Virus record (IMG/VR): IMGVR_UViG_3300044977_000094
Coordinates: 111,261 to 175,260 of that record
Reading direction: 5' to 3' (one strand)
Length of the DNA: 64,000 bases
From: a virus
Shown here: in pieces, positions 18,595 through 28,021 of the stretch
Layout: each line of letters opens with the position of its first letter
How positions within the stretch are numbered: the stretch's first letter is position 1
Notes under the pieces: generated by a model
The model's input: only the letters and a program-made list of their open reading frames with translations
Databases searched by the model: none
What the model was told of the DNA's origin: nothing
Made by a program: the position numbers and the translations under genes

Positions 18595-19425
18595 TCAGGC
18601 CGCGAGGATGAGCTGCTTGTAGTCCGCATAGGCGCCGAGGAGCGCCAGCGTGGACAGGTGGATCCGGTACGAGCCGTGATCGCCCCACGACTCCGACCAG
18701 GAGTTACGGACGCGCACGTGGGACTTGTCGCCGTCGATCCGGCCGAGCAACCCGGTCGTCAGGCGCTCCACGGCGGTGATGCAGGTCTCGTGACCGCCGG
18801 CCACGCCGGAGGCGATCGCCCGCTCCAGCGCCGCGATACCGCCGTCGCCGTCGACGAATCCCAGGGAGTCGGGCTCCATCCACGCCTCGAACCAGGGCAG
18901 GCCCACCATGACGGTGCCCCCCTGGAGCAACGAGACGACGTTGCGTATCCCGGAGGCGGTCTTGTGACCTGAGGCCAGGCCCTTCTTCTCCAGCTCCGTG
19001 CACACGTACAGGCCGGTGCTGCCGCAGTCGGTCGGCGGCCACTCCTGTGCCGGGTCGCCGGTCTGGTCGGTGACGTCGTGGTACAGCTTGATCGCGAACT
19101 TCTCGCCGCCGACGCTGTCAGTGGTCGACAGGCCGATCTGCGGGAGCGCCGCGGCTCCATGGAGGGCGGCGTACCGCTCTGCCACGTGTGCGGTGCCGGA
19201 GTTGCAGGTGCAGGATCCGAGCGCGTCGACCTTCGCCGCTCCGGGGACCAGGGCCGAGGTGTCGATGCCCTGTGCCAGGAGATCCTCCTGGTCCAGGACC
19301 GGGATCGGGGACTCGTGGTCGACCTCGCGCAGCGTCTCGCCGCGGTGCAGGTGCATGCGGTCCAGGCGCATCGGCATCGGTGCCGCGTGCCGGCCGAACT
19401 TGGTGGGGGTGATGCCTTCGTACAT
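18595..19425 (-). CDS. Papain-like (C1) cysteine peptidase
   Basis: DQ...GSCT.N, GGHE, VRNSWSESWGD.G catalytic motifs. Confidence 0.85.
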   Translation of the reverse strand: MYEGITPTKFGRHAAPMPMRLDRMHLHRGETLREVDHESPIPVLDQEDLLAQGIDTSALVPGAAKVDALGSCTCNSGTAHVAERYAALHGAAALPQIGLSTTDSVGGEKFAIKLYHDVTDQTGDPAQEWPPTDCGSTGLYVCTELEKKGLASGHKTASGIRNVVSLLQGGTVMVGLPWFEAWMEPDSLGFVDGDGGIAALERAIASGVAGGHETCITAVERLTTGLLGRIDGDKSHVRVRNSWSESWGDHGSYRIHLSTLALLGAYADYKQLILAA

Positions 19426-19488
19426 GGGCCCCTCCGGGCATGGGAAAGCCCCCGACTCGCGGGGGCGTGAGTGGTGGAGCGGAGGTGC

Positions 19489-19947
19489 TCAGGCGTCTGC
19501 GGGATCCACATGAACGGAGGCCGCGACGTTCACCTGTACAGGTGCGGTCTGCTGCTCGATGACGGCGAGGCGCTCGGTCAGCGCGGTCAGCTGCTCGGCC
19601 AGGGATGCGAGGGTGGCCAGCTCCTGGCGCTCGTCGGCGAGGCTCTCGTCGGTGCTGGCCCCGATGTGCTGCAGGAGCAGTTCGAGGCTGCGCTCCTGCC
19701 GGTTGTTGCTCGCCGCGATCAGGAAGCCGATGAACAGCTCCAGGATGGTCGTCACGGTGTTCAGCGGGAAGTTCCAGCTGTTCGACGTGAACCAGACCGG
19801 CAGGAAGCTGGACTTGGCGATGACCGGGCCAAGCAGCGTCCACGCCACCAGCAGCACGAACCAGATCCCGATGTTCTGCGGTGTGCCGATGGCGTACGAG
19901 ACGCGGTCGGCGGCGTCGACGAAGCGGTCGATCAGGCGACGGCTCAT
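19489..19947 (-). CDS. Low-affinity iron permease (Fet4)/DUF1003-like membrane protein
   Basis: F..AAD.V...IG...W.LLGP...WNFPLNTVTTILELFIGFLIAASNNRQ followed by coiled coil. Confidence 0.6.
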   Translation of the reverse strand: MSRRLIDRFVDAADRVSYAIGTPQNIGIWFVLLVAWTLLGPVIAKSSFLPVWFTSNSWNFPLNTVTTILELFIGFLIAASNNRQERSLELLLQHIGASTDESLADERQELATLASLAEQLTALTERLAVIEQQTAPVQVNVAASVHVDPADA

Positions 19948-20381
19948 GCAGCACTCCCGGGCAGGAACAGGCCGCACAGCAGCACGGCGATGAAAATCGC
20001 GGCCAGGACCGCGCCGGTCTCGACCAGAGCGCGCAGTGGACGCCGATTGGGTCGCATCAGCGCCACCGCGACGCCGATCCCGATGCAGATGACCACCGAG
20101 GCGCCGATCGCCAGCGGGCCCGTATCGAACGCGTACGGCAGCGCCGGCAGCGCCGCCCCGAGGCCCGTGGCGAGGCCCATCACGCAGGACGCGCCGAAGC
20201 CGTTGTCGCTCTCGCTGAGCCACTCCCCGCCCGCCATCGACAAGGCAGAGCTGATCGCACCCGACACAGCCGCCGGGAAGATCAGATCGCGGTGGCCCAA
20301 CAGGTAGAGCACGACGCCGAGCAGCGACATCATGCCGTCGGACAGCCCGAATATCGCCGGGCGAACGAGCCGCTGCTTCAA
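19944..20381 (-). CDS. Minimal VIT1/CCC1-family Fe/Mn transporter
   Basis: AIFGLSDG...SALSMAGGEWLS...LPALPY; about five TM segments; TTG start overlaps upstream stop. Confidence 0.8.
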   Translation of the reverse strand: MKQRLVRPAIFGLSDGMMSLLGVVLYLLGHRDLIFPAAVSGAISSALSMAGGEWLSESDNGFGASCVMGLATGLGAALPALPYAFDTGPLAIGASVVICIGIGVAVALMRPNRRPLRALVETGAVLAAIFIAVLLCGLFLPGSAA

Positions 20382-20830
20382 GAGATCAGACCCCTGACGT
20401 ACCTGGACGCCTCGTAGTCCGACGCCGCGGCTACGTGCACGCCTCCGTGGCCGCGGTGGCAGGCCCGGCACAGCCACTGCAGGTTGTCCGCGGACTCGAC
20501 CCACGCACCGACCTGGTTCGGGTCGCTGATGCCGGGATAGTCCCGCTCCAGCCACGCCAGGTCCACGCCGTTCTGCAGGCTGAACTCGACGTGTGAGTGG
20601 TGCAGTTCAAGCGGCGCGCTCAGGTCGCACTCGGAGAAGTCGCCGCGGGCCACGCCCATGGCGCACTTGGCGGTGGCCTTGGTGCGGCGCCGGTACGCCT
20701 CGAAGTCGCGGTAGTGCGGATCGTCCTGCCGCGCCGGGTGCTCCGGGTAGTGCATGACGTAGTGGTGGGCCTGGGCCTGCTCGTGCGCAGCGACCTGGTG
20801 TCCAGGGTGCCCCGACAGGTCGTCGGTCAC
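20378..20830 (-). CDS. His/Cys-rich HNH-like protein
   Basis: C...C...LELHH..VE...NLQWLCRACH....VH. Confidence 0.6.
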   Translation of the reverse strand: MTDDLSGHPGHQVAAHEQAQAHHYVMHYPEHPARQDDPHYRDFEAYRRRTKATAKCAMGVARGDFSECDLSAPLELHHSHVEFSLQNGVDLAWLERDYPGISDPNQVGAWVESADNLQWLCRACHRGHGGVHVAAASDYEASRYVRGLIS

Positions 20831-21252
20831 GGAGTCCTCCGGTTGCGAGGGGCGCGCGTGCGGTGCGCGCCGGGAGTGGAAGGGCCGTCGTCGGGCGGAT
20901 CGTTCTCGTGCTTGATCTGGATGCGGAGGATGAGCACGACGCGCCAGACGATGACGATGGGCACGAGCCCGAAGGAGATGACGGAGAACCACGCGAACAG
21001 GGGCGTATCAGCCGAGCTGACGCCCAGCGCGTGGTGGATGACGGAGGGCAGCAGCGTCAGCGCCAGTGCGCTGTCCATCGCCAAGGCGTTGCGCCCTATG
21101 GCCGAGCGCCACCACGGGGCGACCGCCCACAGGACGAGGATGGCCCCGACGGCGGCACAGAATGTGGCGATGACCTCGATGGTCGTGGTGTGGACGATGA
21201 CGTCCAGGGTCCCCGGGCTCACGGTCCCCTCCCGAATGGTGACGCTGGTCAA
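20827..21252 (-). CDS. Three-TM holin-like membrane protein
   Basis: Three hydrophobic helices, PWWRSAIGR motif. Confidence 0.65.
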   Translation of the reverse strand: MTSVTIREGTVSPGTLDVIVHTTTIEVIATFCAAVGAILVLWAVAPWWRSAIGRNALAMDSALALTLLPSVIHHALGVSSADTPLFAWFSVISFGLVPIVIVWRVVLILRIQIKHENDPPDDGPSTPGAHRTRAPRNRRTP

Positions 21253-21494
21253 CGTGGCGGAAGACCGAACAACTCGCCGATTGACTCGCTGAAGTGGTTA
21301 CGGCGCCGGATACGGCGCAAGTGCTCGGCGGTCGTCGATACCTGCACACGCAGGCCCTCGGCCTCGCGGAGAGCCGACGACGCCCGGACCATCGCCGCCG
21401 AGGCGTCGCGCTGGCCCTCCGTCACCCTGCGCTCCAAGCACACGCCCTGCGGCCTACGAAGCGGGTGGCGGAGGTAGTGGACCCAGCGGTGCAC
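21249..21494 (-). CDS. Small basic lysis-cassette protein
   Basis: RRIRRRNHFSESI motif typical of actinophage lysis regions. Confidence 0.6.
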   Translation of the reverse strand: MHRWVHYLRHPLRRPQGVCLERRVTEGQRDASAAMVRASSALREAEGLRVQVSTTAEHLRRIRRRNHFSESIGELFGLPPR

Positions 21495-21804
21495 CGGCCG
21501 TCACCTCCCGCCCAGATGGCGAAGGGAGCGCGGAGAGCAGATGGACGGCAGTGCGTGACAGCTCCAGGAGCTCCATCGTCGACTCCTGCGACTGTGCTCG
21601 GGCCGCTGCCTCGCGTTCGGCCACCACGCGCCAGGTGTCGCGCTCGGCTGAGATCTCTCTTATCCGCAGCTCGCGGTCCTCGCGGAGGTCTTCGACCTGG
21701 CGGCGGGGCACGAGCCGGCCGGTGAGGATGAGCAGGATGACCACCGCCAGGATCGTGGCGGCGCTGAGCTGGAGGAAACCGGCTTGGTCCCAGAGTTCTT
21801 CCAC
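21454..21804 (-). CDS. Single-TM coiled-coil membrane protein
   Basis: ILAVVILLILTGRLVPR...WR motif. Confidence 0.7.
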   Translation of the reverse strand: MEELWDQAGFLQLSAATILAVVILLILTGRLVPRRQVEDLREDRELRIREISAERDTWRVVAEREAAARAQSQESTMELLELSRTAVHLLSALPSPSGREVTAGAPLGPLPPPPAS

Positions 21805-21830
21805 GGGCGGTCCCTCTCGCGGCTGTTGGG

Positions 21831-23924
21831 CTATTTGATGCGGGTTAGTCGCACCCAGGAGCCGGCGACGAGGCTGGCGGTGTTGCTGCTGGTGCCTGTC
21901 GCGAAAGTGACGGTCAGGCTCCCCGCGGTGCTGCTCGTGACGAGGAGTCCTCGCAGGTGGGCGTGTTTGTTGGCGCCGGTCCCGGACCAGGTGTCGGTGC
22001 CGGTGATGGTGGCGACGTAGTTCCCGGCGGCGTCGCCCCACTGCATGGTCGCGCCCGAGGGGCCGGTCCAGGAGTGGACGAAGTTCACCCCGGACGGCGT
22101 TTCGATGATCAGGGCCGCGTCCAGCAGGTAGGTGGCGCTGGCCTCAACTGCGATGACCAGGTGCGTGGAGGCAGTCTGGCCGGTGGAGGTGGTGGTCTCG
22201 GTGGCGGCCGACACGGCGTAGGCGTCGACCAGGCTGCGCACGTTGCCGGACGTGTCGCGGAGTTTGAGTGGCGCCGCGGTCCCCGACTGAGAGTAGACGA
22301 CGCCGCCGGCCGTGGGGTTCGTCGTCGGCACGGTCGTGGCGTCCGCGACCTGGATTTCGCCGACGCCGTTGTCGCCCAGTGCGGTCGCGGATCCGATCAG
22401 GGCGTTCTTCGAGGTGTACCAGACGCCCGCGGCGGCGCGCCCGTAGGCCGTGTCGCGGGCGGCGGAGCCAGAGCCGAGGTTGACAGCTCCGTCGCAGGTC
22501 AGGCGGTAGGTGTCGAAGCTGAGCCCACTGACCCCCGCACCGTGGGCGATGCTCGTCGTGTCGTGGCCGGTGGTGCCGAACATGCGCTGCCCGGTGGAAC
22601 CACCGGTTACGGCGATCATGGTGCCGGAGCTGGCGGTGAAGTTCACGCCCGTCGCGAAGTTGACGACACCGCTGCTGGCCTCGATGACGCCCGCGGGCAG
22701 GTTCGTGAACCAGTTGCTGCTCGACGAGCCGGAGCCTTGGAAGGCTGCCGCGTCGACCAGGACGGCCTGGCCGACGGTGCCGATGTTGATGGACTCCTGG
22801 ACGCCGGCGCTGCCGCTGGTCACGATGTTGCTGCCGAGCCAGCAGCCGAGGATCTTGCCTTGGGCGGTTCCGGACCAGTTGATGTCGTAGTTCGTGCCGC
22901 TGGCCCCGGCGCCGTTCAGGTTGAACAGGCAGTCGTAGATGTGGACGGGCTTGCCGGTGGACGCGACGGTGATCCCGTGGGTCTGGTTGTTGATCAGACG
23001 GGAGGTGGCGATGTGGACCTGGTAGGCGCCGCCGGTGATCTGCAGGCCGGGCGAGCCCTGCTGGATGACGCCGCCTTGGATCTGCACGTTCTGCGGGGAG
23101 CCGTTGGGGCCGTCCTCGATCAGCACGCACGGGCCCGCGTGTGGCCCCAGGGCGTCGAGGTTGGTCACGAAAGCGGCCGCGCAGTCGCCCTTGATGTGCA
23201 CGGACGAGCCGGTGCCGTTCGACGTCCAGGCGATGGCGTTCTCGACCAGGACGTCCCAGGAGTCCTCGATGCGGATTGTGTCCAGGTTCGCGCTGGCGCC
23301 GCTGGTGACGCCGCCTCCGTAGAACTGGACGTCGGTGACCTGCGAGTTCATCGCGAAGCCCTGGGCGGTGTTGCCAAGGAAGTGGATGCCGCCCGCGCAG
23401 GAGTTCCCGTAGAGGTGGGAGATCTGCGTGCCCAGCGGGTTGCTGCTCCCGGAGGCGGAGGTGGCGGCGACTTCGATGGCCCAGCCGTTGACGTACCAGA
23501 ACTGGCAGTTCTCGATCTTGTTGCGGCGTACGCCGGTGATCTCGATGGCGTTGCATGCCGGGTTGCTGGTGGTGGTCGAGCTCGCCCCGGACACCGACAA
23601 GTTCCGCACCTGGCAGTTGTAGCCGGTGATCTCGATTGCTGCGGTGCCGGAGAAGCTGGACCCGATCAGGAGCTTCGTGTTCTCCGCACCGGCGCCCGTC
23701 AGCACGGTCGCGGGCGTCGTCAGCGTCAGCGGGCCGCTGTTCAGCAGGTAGCTGGCGGTCGTGGCCGGGAGGTACACGACGCCGCCGTTGGAGCCCAGCT
23801 GGTTGATCGCGGCCTGGATCGCGGCGGTGTCGTCGGTGACGCCGTCGCCCTTGGCGCCGTAGGTGACCGCGGAGACCCAGCCCAGGGCCGTGGCGATGGT
23901 CGTACCGAACGCGCTGGCGGTCAC
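21831..23924 (-). CDS. Tail spike/fibre with right-handed beta-helix (pectate-lyase-like depolymerase)
   Basis: YGAKGDGVTDDTAAIQAAI...GGVVYLP followed by Asn/Gly/Ile beta-helix repeats. Confidence 0.85.
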   Translation of the reverse strand: MTASAFGTTIATALGWVSAVTYGAKGDGVTDDTAAIQAAINQLGSNGGVVYLPATTASYLLNSGPLTLTTPATVLTGAGAENTKLLIGSSFSGTAAIEITGYNCQVRNLSVSGASSTTTSNPACNAIEITGVRRNKIENCQFWYVNGWAIEVAATSASGSSNPLGTQISHLYGNSCAGGIHFLGNTAQGFAMNSQVTDVQFYGGGVTSGASANLDTIRIEDSWDVLVENAIAWTSNGTGSSVHIKGDCAAAFVTNLDALGPHAGPCVLIEDGPNGSPQNVQIQGGVIQQGSPGLQITGGAYQVHIATSRLINNQTHGITVASTGKPVHIYDCLFNLNGAGASGTNYDINWSGTAQGKILGCWLGSNIVTSGSAGVQESINIGTVGQAVLVDAAAFQGSGSSSSNWFTNLPAGVIEASSGVVNFATGVNFTASSGTMIAVTGGSTGQRMFGTTGHDTTSIAHGAGVSGLSFDTYRLTCDGAVNLGSGSAARDTAYGRAAAGVWYTSKNALIGSATALGDNGVGEIQVADATTVPTTNPTAGGVVYSQSGTAAPLKLRDTSGNVRSLVDAYAVSAATETTTSTGQTASTHLVIAVEASATYLLDAALIIETPSGVNFVHSWTGPSGATMQWGDAAGNYVATITGTDTWSGTGANKHAHLRGLLVTSSTAGSLTVTFATGTSSNTASLVAGSWVRLTRIK

Positions 23925-24226
23925 GTAAGCCTCCCCAGGATCACGTAGGTCTGCTGGGCGCCGACGGGCATCGCGAGCACCGCGTCCCCGGCGGCTGGCG
24001 TGTAGGCCGCCAGGTGCTGATAGGGGCCGGTGAGCGTGGGGGAGCCGTTGATGTACGCCTTCGGGTCGCCCGAGGTGTAGCCCGAGTCGATGACCGCGGG
24101 CAGGCAGGCCAGCGGGAAGCCGGAGTCGATCGCCGCGGTCCGCGACTGCAACTTCTTGATCGCTGTCCGCATGGCCTTCAGCTCGGCCGCGAACCGGTCG
24201 TTCAACCCCCGCGGGTACATCGTCAC
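23921..24226 (-). CDS. Small tail-associated protein
   Basis: LAAYTPAAGDAVL...YVILGRL OB-fold-like motif. Confidence 0.65.
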   Translation of the reverse strand: MTMYPRGLNDRFAAELKAMRTAIKKLQSRTAAIDSGFPLACLPAVIDSGYTSGDPKAYINGSPTLTGPYQHLAAYTPAAGDAVLAMPVGAQQTYVILGRLT

Positions 24227-24237
24227 GGCGCGCCCCC

Positions 24238-25443
24238 TCAGGTACTGGCGATCACGCCGCTGGTGGCCAGCTGGATGTACTCGGACTGCTGAGGGTTCGG
24301 CGGATAGCAGGTCCAGCCCGTGACCCGGACCTGCGTCTGCAGGCCCGGTGAGCCGTCGGCGCCGGGCGGGTGGATCGGGGACGTGGCGACGAACGACACG
24401 CTGTCGCCGAGGACGATGTCCCGCAGTGAGGGGCGCCCACCACCACCGACGTTGATCGTCGGCAGCGTCATGGCCTCGGAGACCAGCGCGACCTGCCCGT
24501 CCGCGAAAGCATCGACCTGGGCCTGCGCGGTGACGACGGACCCCTCCCAGCTGACCGTCGACTCCATCAGCGGATAGCCGGCGGCAAAGTCGGAGGTGTC
24601 CGCGCCGTGCGGAAAGGCGGACTGCCACTGCAGCGCGGAGCCGTTCGGCGGTGCCGTGGCCCACACCAAGTTGCTCGACTGGGAGCCGGTGCGCTGGTAG
24701 CCGTAGTCCAACACGTTGCCCGGATACGTCAGTCCGTAGCCGCACTGCCCCGCCGGCCGGCCGAGCTGCAGGTAGGCCATCTGCACGAAGACGGCGAGCT
24801 CGCCGTTCACATCCAGGCCCGGCACGAACGCCCACTCCAAGTTGCCGCTGGCGGTCATGTCCGACCAGGCACTGGAGACCTGCGTCAGGTCCGAGTAGGT
24901 GTAGGACGCGGTCCACGGGACCCCGGCGACCGCCGACGTCGGCAGCACGAGCCGCGCCACGCCGCCGTTCGAGGCCACCAGGGCGAGATAGTCCGGGTCC
25001 CGCGTCGCCGCCGGGGACACGCCCGCCTCGATGTACGGGCTGCTCTTCGTCATCCCGTAGTAGACGAGATCGATGAACGCGGCGAACAGGTCGACCTGCG
25101 GATACTCCAAGGTGTCCGTGATCAGGCGGTGTCCCCAGATCGAGTCGAGGGTCTGCGCGGAGATCGGCAGCGTGCCGTCGGCGCGGGTCATGTCCGGCCA
25201 GTCCCATACCACCCCGGCCCACACCGGGTAGCCGTCCATGAGGACCCACAGCACAGCCTGGCGGCACTCCAGGGCACGCATGAACGGGGCATTCACCGAG
25301 TAGGTCTGATCCAGGTTCAGGTTCCCGGTCAGGCTGCCGGAGCCATTGAGTTGGATGCTGAACGACTGGACGGTGAGGGGGATGTTGTCGGCGAGCACCT
25401 GCCCGGTGAGCACGTGCGTCGCCACGTAGGTGTAGGTGGCCAT
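24238..25443 (-). CDS. Minor tail (baseplate hub-like) protein
   Basis: Position; LNGSGSL.G, VWAGVVW, YPGNVLDY motifs. Confidence 0.75.
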   Translation of the reverse strand: MATYTYVATHVLTGQVLADNIPLTVQSFSIQLNGSGSLTGNLNLDQTYSVNAPFMRALECRQAVLWVLMDGYPVWAGVVWDWPDMTRADGTLPISAQTLDSIWGHRLITDTLEYPQVDLFAAFIDLVYYGMTKSSPYIEAGVSPAATRDPDYLALVASNGGVARLVLPTSAVAGVPWTASYTYSDLTQVSSAWSDMTASGNLEWAFVPGLDVNGELAVFVQMAYLQLGRPAGQCGYGLTYPGNVLDYGYQRTGSQSSNLVWATAPPNGSALQWQSAFPHGADTSDFAAGYPLMESTVSWEGSVVTAQAQVDAFADGQVALVSEAMTLPTINVGGGGRPSLRDIVLGDSVSFVATSPIHPPGADGSPGLQTQVRVTGWTCYPPNPQQSEYIQLATSGVIAST

Positions 25444-26522
25444 CAGCGCCCGACCGGGGACACCCGCATCACTGCCGGCGAGTAGGTGGCGCCGCGCAGG
25501 GTCACGTCGACGCCGGTGCTGTCGATGCCCTGAAACTTGAACGCGACCGTGTGCGAGCCGGCGGACGGCGTCGTGCCCTGCGATGCCGCGGTGTAGGCGG
25601 TGAAGGAGCCGCCGCCACGCACGACGCCGTCGGAGGCGGTGTTGAAGACGACCATCTCGTCGATGAGCGTTCCGTCGAGGTACACCTGCAGGTTGCCGCC
25701 GAACTCCCCGTGGCTCGCGGACATGTAGATGCCGGTCGCTTTGACGTAGATCGCCAGGTCCGTGTTGCCGTCCACGGTGACCGTCGCTGACGCCACGTTG
25801 ACGATGGCACCGGCGATGGAGATCGTGTCCGTGGTCTTGTAGGACGTCAGGGGTACCCACGGCATGATGGGCAGCACGGATGGCCCCGATGGGGTGTTGT
25901 GGTAGAACGACGCCGACGCCGGGTCGTAGGCGATCTGGCCCGTGTAGCCGGTCACGGCGCCCTTGGCGGCCTTCAGGACGCCGCCGGCGGTAGTGGTGTA
26001 CGGCCGACTGTCCGTGATCATGCCACTGTTGATCGACACGGTGCCGGCCGCGACCGCCAGCTGGCCCAGGGTGATCGAGTTGGCGGGGGCGGACGGCGCG
26101 GTCGGCGACGGCGCCGCAGTCCCCGTGATGATCTCCACCGCGCCGAAGCTGGAGCTCGACCCCACGTCGGACACGTACGCGACCACGATGTCGATCCGAG
26201 GATTCGTCGGATCCGCAGTCTGAACGGTCAGCGTGGCCAATGATGCCAGCGTCGACACATAGCCCCCGGCGGTTGGCGTCGCACTGTTCGGGACCACGAA
26301 GCTGCCCGGCCCAACGGTCACATTCATGCCCGTGCCCGGACCCACCGCGAGCCCTGCGCCGCCAATGACGCCACCCAGGACGCCGATCGCGGAGCTCGTG
26401 ACAATGCCCTCGTCGTAGAACGTTGGCGTCACGGACGAGTTCCGCAGGTCATTGCCGCTGCTCCCGTCGTACGTGCACCCGGTCAGCCACTGCGGCAGGC
26501 TCGTCGTCACCTGTGTTGCCAT
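25443..26522 (-). CDS. Minor tail protein
   Basis: GM.VTVG.G, ADPTNPRIDIVV, G..A.SP.AP motifs. Confidence 0.75.
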   Translation of the reverse strand: MATQVTTSLPQWLTGCTYDGSSGNDLRNSSVTPTFYDEGIVTSSAIGVLGGVIGGAGLAVGPGTGMNVTVGPGSFVVPNSATPTAGGYVSTLASLATLTVQTADPTNPRIDIVVAYVSDVGSSSSFGAVEIITGTAAPSPTAPSAPANSITLGQLAVAAGTVSINSGMITDSRPYTTTAGGVLKAAKGAVTGYTGQIAYDPASASFYHNTPSGPSVLPIMPWVPLTSYKTTDTISIAGAIVNVASATVTVDGNTDLAIYVKATGIYMSASHGEFGGNLQVYLDGTLIDEMVVFNTASDGVVRGGGSFTAYTAASQGTTPSAGSHTVAFKFQGIDSTGVDVTLRGATYSPAVMRVSPVGR

Positions 26523-26532
26523 GCCACACCCC

Positions 26533-27804
26533 TTAGATCCACGAATCGGCCCAGTAGTACGTCGCTGTCGACCCGGAGCCGGCCTGACCGCCGAACTGCA
26601 CTTCGTTGTCGCCCGGCGCGATCTGCCACCAGGCCGAGGTCACATCAGCCGGCCAGTACGTGCCGCCGGTTGAGGGGATGCCCGGCGTCGTCGACACCGT
26701 CGTCGGGTTCACGTACGCCTGCCGGTTCAGGAAATCGACCACCAGGACGTCGCCCGCCAGGAGGACGAGGTTGCTCCACGACACACTCAGGCCCGTGGTC
26801 AGATTCGCCAGCGACGGGCCAATGACCGGGCCGGCGATCACCGCCACCGGTGGTGATTCGAAATCGCCTGCATTGGTCGCCACCGCGGCGCCCGGCGGCG
26901 GAGCGGAGTCCAGCGTGATGGGGATCGTGAACGGCACCACCATGCCGCCGCCGCCCCCGGAGGGCAGCAGCCCAATGGCCAGTGACCGCTGGACGGTGCT
27001 GTATTTGCGCGGGTCCGGCGCGACCAGCCCGACCGTGAACGTCACATCCGTCAAGGTCGGATAGCTCTCGCTGACCTTCCCGCTGCGGCGCACCCACGCC
27101 ATCTTCGGCGTCGGCTCGTCATACCGCAGTTGCGCCAGGTCGCTGATCGGCACCGCCTGCTGCAGGAGGGACCGGGCGAGATCCCTCAGCGCTTGGGTCG
27201 GCGCGGAGGCCGTGACGGTCAGGGTGAGGGTGCGTGCCGCGTAGTACTGCGGGGACGCCCACGCGCCGTGGTCACCCGAGCGGGCGATGACCCCGGCTCC
27301 CTGGACATCGGGACCGTCCCAGCCGTCGATCTTCTGCCACAGCCAGCAGATGCCGTTGCTGTCGACCGTGCCGAACTCGATGTCCAGGCCAGCCGCGGCG
27401 TAGATCAGGCCACCGGTCCAGAACCCCGTGTCGCCGCCGGTGATGGGCGGCGTGTAGGCGCCGGGGACGCCGGCGACGGGGAAGTCCTCGACGCCCAGGA
27501 ACCCGCCGGTTCCGTACGTGCAGGACCAGTTGGCGACATACACGCCGGTGACGGTGTCGGCGGGGATGTTCCAGGTGCAGGCGTACTGGCCGACCCCGAT
27601 ACGCCAGATCGCCCCTGGTACTGGGGAGCTGGCCCCCAGGTACTGGTACGGGCCGGCGACGTCCGGGACGAGGCCGACCTCGGTGCCGTACGTGATGTCG
27701 AGCTGGATGGCCGACGGGTCGGCCAGGGCCCTGGTGGTCTCGTCGTAGAAGTTCAGGTACAGCGTCCACGGCAGGCCGGCGACAGCACCCGACAAGCGAA
27801 CCAC
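26533..27804 (-). CDS. Distal tail (Dit-like) protein with N-terminal Ig-like domain
   Basis: Follows tape measure; GWDG, R.LTL, L.APDP.KY, N.GD..S motifs. Confidence 0.75.
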   Translation of the reverse strand: MVRLSGAVAGLPWTLYLNFYDETTRALADPSAIQLDITYGTEVGLVPDVAGPYQYLGASSPVPGAIWRIGVGQYACTWNIPADTVTGVYVANWSCTYGTGGFLGVEDFPVAGVPGAYTPPITGGDTGFWTGGLIYAAAGLDIEFGTVDSNGICWLWQKIDGWDGPDVQGAGVIARSGDHGAWASPQYYAARTLTLTVTASAPTQALRDLARSLLQQAVPISDLAQLRYDEPTPKMAWVRRSGKVSESYPTLTDVTFTVGLVAPDPRKYSTVQRSLAIGLLPSGGGGGMVVPFTIPITLDSAPPPGAAVATNAGDFESPPVAVIAGPVIGPSLANLTTGLSVSWSNLVLLAGDVLVVDFLNRQAYVNPTTVSTTPGIPSTGGTYWPADVTSAWWQIAPGDNEVQFGGQAGSGSTATYYWADSWI

Positions 27805-28021
27805 CCCCCATCACGGTAGGCCAGGACAGCGACCTCGCCGGGCAACCCAATCCGAGCGTCGGTCAGTTCATCATGGGGACGGAAGCCCTGGAGTTCCCGG
27901 CTGGGAGCGCCCGACTCCTGTTCACCGACCGATTCGGCACATCCCTGTGCGCCGTGCCAGTGCCAAGCACCAACTAAGCCCAAGCCAGCCACTGTCCCGC
28001 CGTCTTGGGCATAGCCGACGA

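Noticed and set aside
21831-23924. Diversity-generating retroelement acting on the tail spike
   Set aside because: No reverse transcriptase and no template/variable repeat pair seen in the window
27753-28020. 79-aa ORF in the gap between tape measure and Dit
   Set aside because: No clear RBS, atypical composition, overlaps the Dit start; left uncalled
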